Positions 63,075 to 64,000 of a stretch of 64,000 nt of DNA are shown in pieces. Positions within the stretch are counted from its first letter, which is position 1. Every line of letters starts with the position of its first letter. The notes under the pieces were generated by a model that saw only the letters and a list, made by a program, of their open reading frames with translations, was not told where the DNA came from and searched no databases. The position numbers were made by a program, and so were the translations under genes. Origin of the DNA: Octopus vulgaris (lineage: Eukaryota); assembly GCA_951406725.2 (NCBI GenBank), contig OX597819.1, positions 11,036,001-11,100,000 of the forward strand, in the 5' to 3' direction.

Positions 63075-63080
<6 letters not shown>
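62821..63080 (-). mobile_element. Fold-back element H9 in (TA)n, no ribozyme visible
   Basis: Arms about 62851-62962 / 62969-63080; short one-sided tail 62821-62850. Confidence 0.65.
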
Positions 63081-63105
<25 letters not shown>

Positions 63106-63106
<1 letters not shown>

Positions 63107-63462
63107 CGGACTCGTGGTCATAGGATCGCGGTTTTGATTCCCAGACCGGGCGTTGTGAGTGTTTATTGAGCGAAAGCACCTAAAGCTCCACGAGGCTCTG
63201 GCAGGGATGGTGGTGATCCCTGCTGTACTCTTTCACCACAACTTTCTCTCACTCTTACTTCCTGTTTCTGTTGTACCTGTATTTCAAAGGGCCGGCCTTG
63301 TCACTCTCTGTGTCACGCTGAATATCCCCGAGAACTACGTTAAGGGTACACGTGTCTGTGGAGTGCTCAGCCACTTACACGTTAATTTCACGAGCAGGCT
63401 GTTCCGTTGATTCGGATCAACCGGAACCCTCGTCGTCGTAACTGACGGAGTGCTTCCATCCA
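63106..63462 (+). mobile_element. SINE family B, 5' truncated
   Basis: Family B body and tail. Confidence 0.9.
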
Positions 63463-63811
63463 TATATATATATATATATATCACCCAAACTATTGGATGT
63501 TGTTATATACTGCTGATCACAAAGTGCTTCCAATTCTTTCTTGAATGCACCTTTCTTGCCATATTGGGTCAAATTATTTAACTAAATTCTCATCATTTTG
63601 GAAACCTTTCAAGTGGCTTTTTCTGTTTTCTTTAATACCACTTGGCAACTAGACACATCAGTTACTTGTCTGTCGACCTTGACTCATGTCTAGCTCAGCA
63701 GAACTTGTGCTTTTGCTATTCTGAGGCCACATCATTTCATTCACTTGCTTTATTCTCAAATTACCTCATTTCACATAAGCTCTTCCATACATATATCTAA
63801 AAATTATTTAC

Positions 63812-63967
63812 GTGGCTGTGTGGCAAGTAGCTTGTTTACCAACCACATGGTTCTGGGTTCAGTCCCACTGCGTGGCACCTTGGGCAGGTGTCTTCTACTA
63901 TAGCCTCGGGCCGACCAAAGCCTTGTGAGTGGATTTGGTAGACGGAAACTGAAAGAAGCCCGTCGTA

Positions 63968-64000
<33 letters not shown>
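63812..64000 (+). mobile_element. SINE family A, cut by window end
   Basis: Family A head and body. Confidence 0.9.

Overview
AT-rich, repeat-saturated animal genomic DNA. The SINE families and microsatellite load look like an octopus genome; that assignment is recalled, not shown by a search. The only host gene I can support is on the + strand. It has four phase-compatible exons (45529-45590, an 18-nt microexon at 54661-54678, 55572-55691, 57501-57620) encoding the end of an EMI-like domain and two calcium-binding EGF repeats. The rest is transposon-derived: three tRNA-headed SINE families (about 30 copies); RTE, R4/Dong and CR1-group LINE pieces; a Gypsy (Mag-like) relic; mariner, Merlin and FLYWCH-MULE relics; Helitrons; and MITEs. 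The standout is a set of at least eight sequence-unrelated, non-coding elements in (TA)n microsatellites. Most are fold-back inverted repeats with a one-sided tail, and most carry minimal type-I hammerhead ribozyme motifs with palindromic stem III, the architecture of Penelope-like pseudo-LTRs and retrozymes. They include a near-perfect 558-559 bp tandem dimer with one canonical hammerhead per unit, a hammerhead with the C3-G8 core pair swapped to G3-C8, and several U4C core variants. Nearly all intact motifs lie antisense to the host gene. Coordinates were read by eye and repeat boundaries are approximate. No ribozyme activity has been tested.
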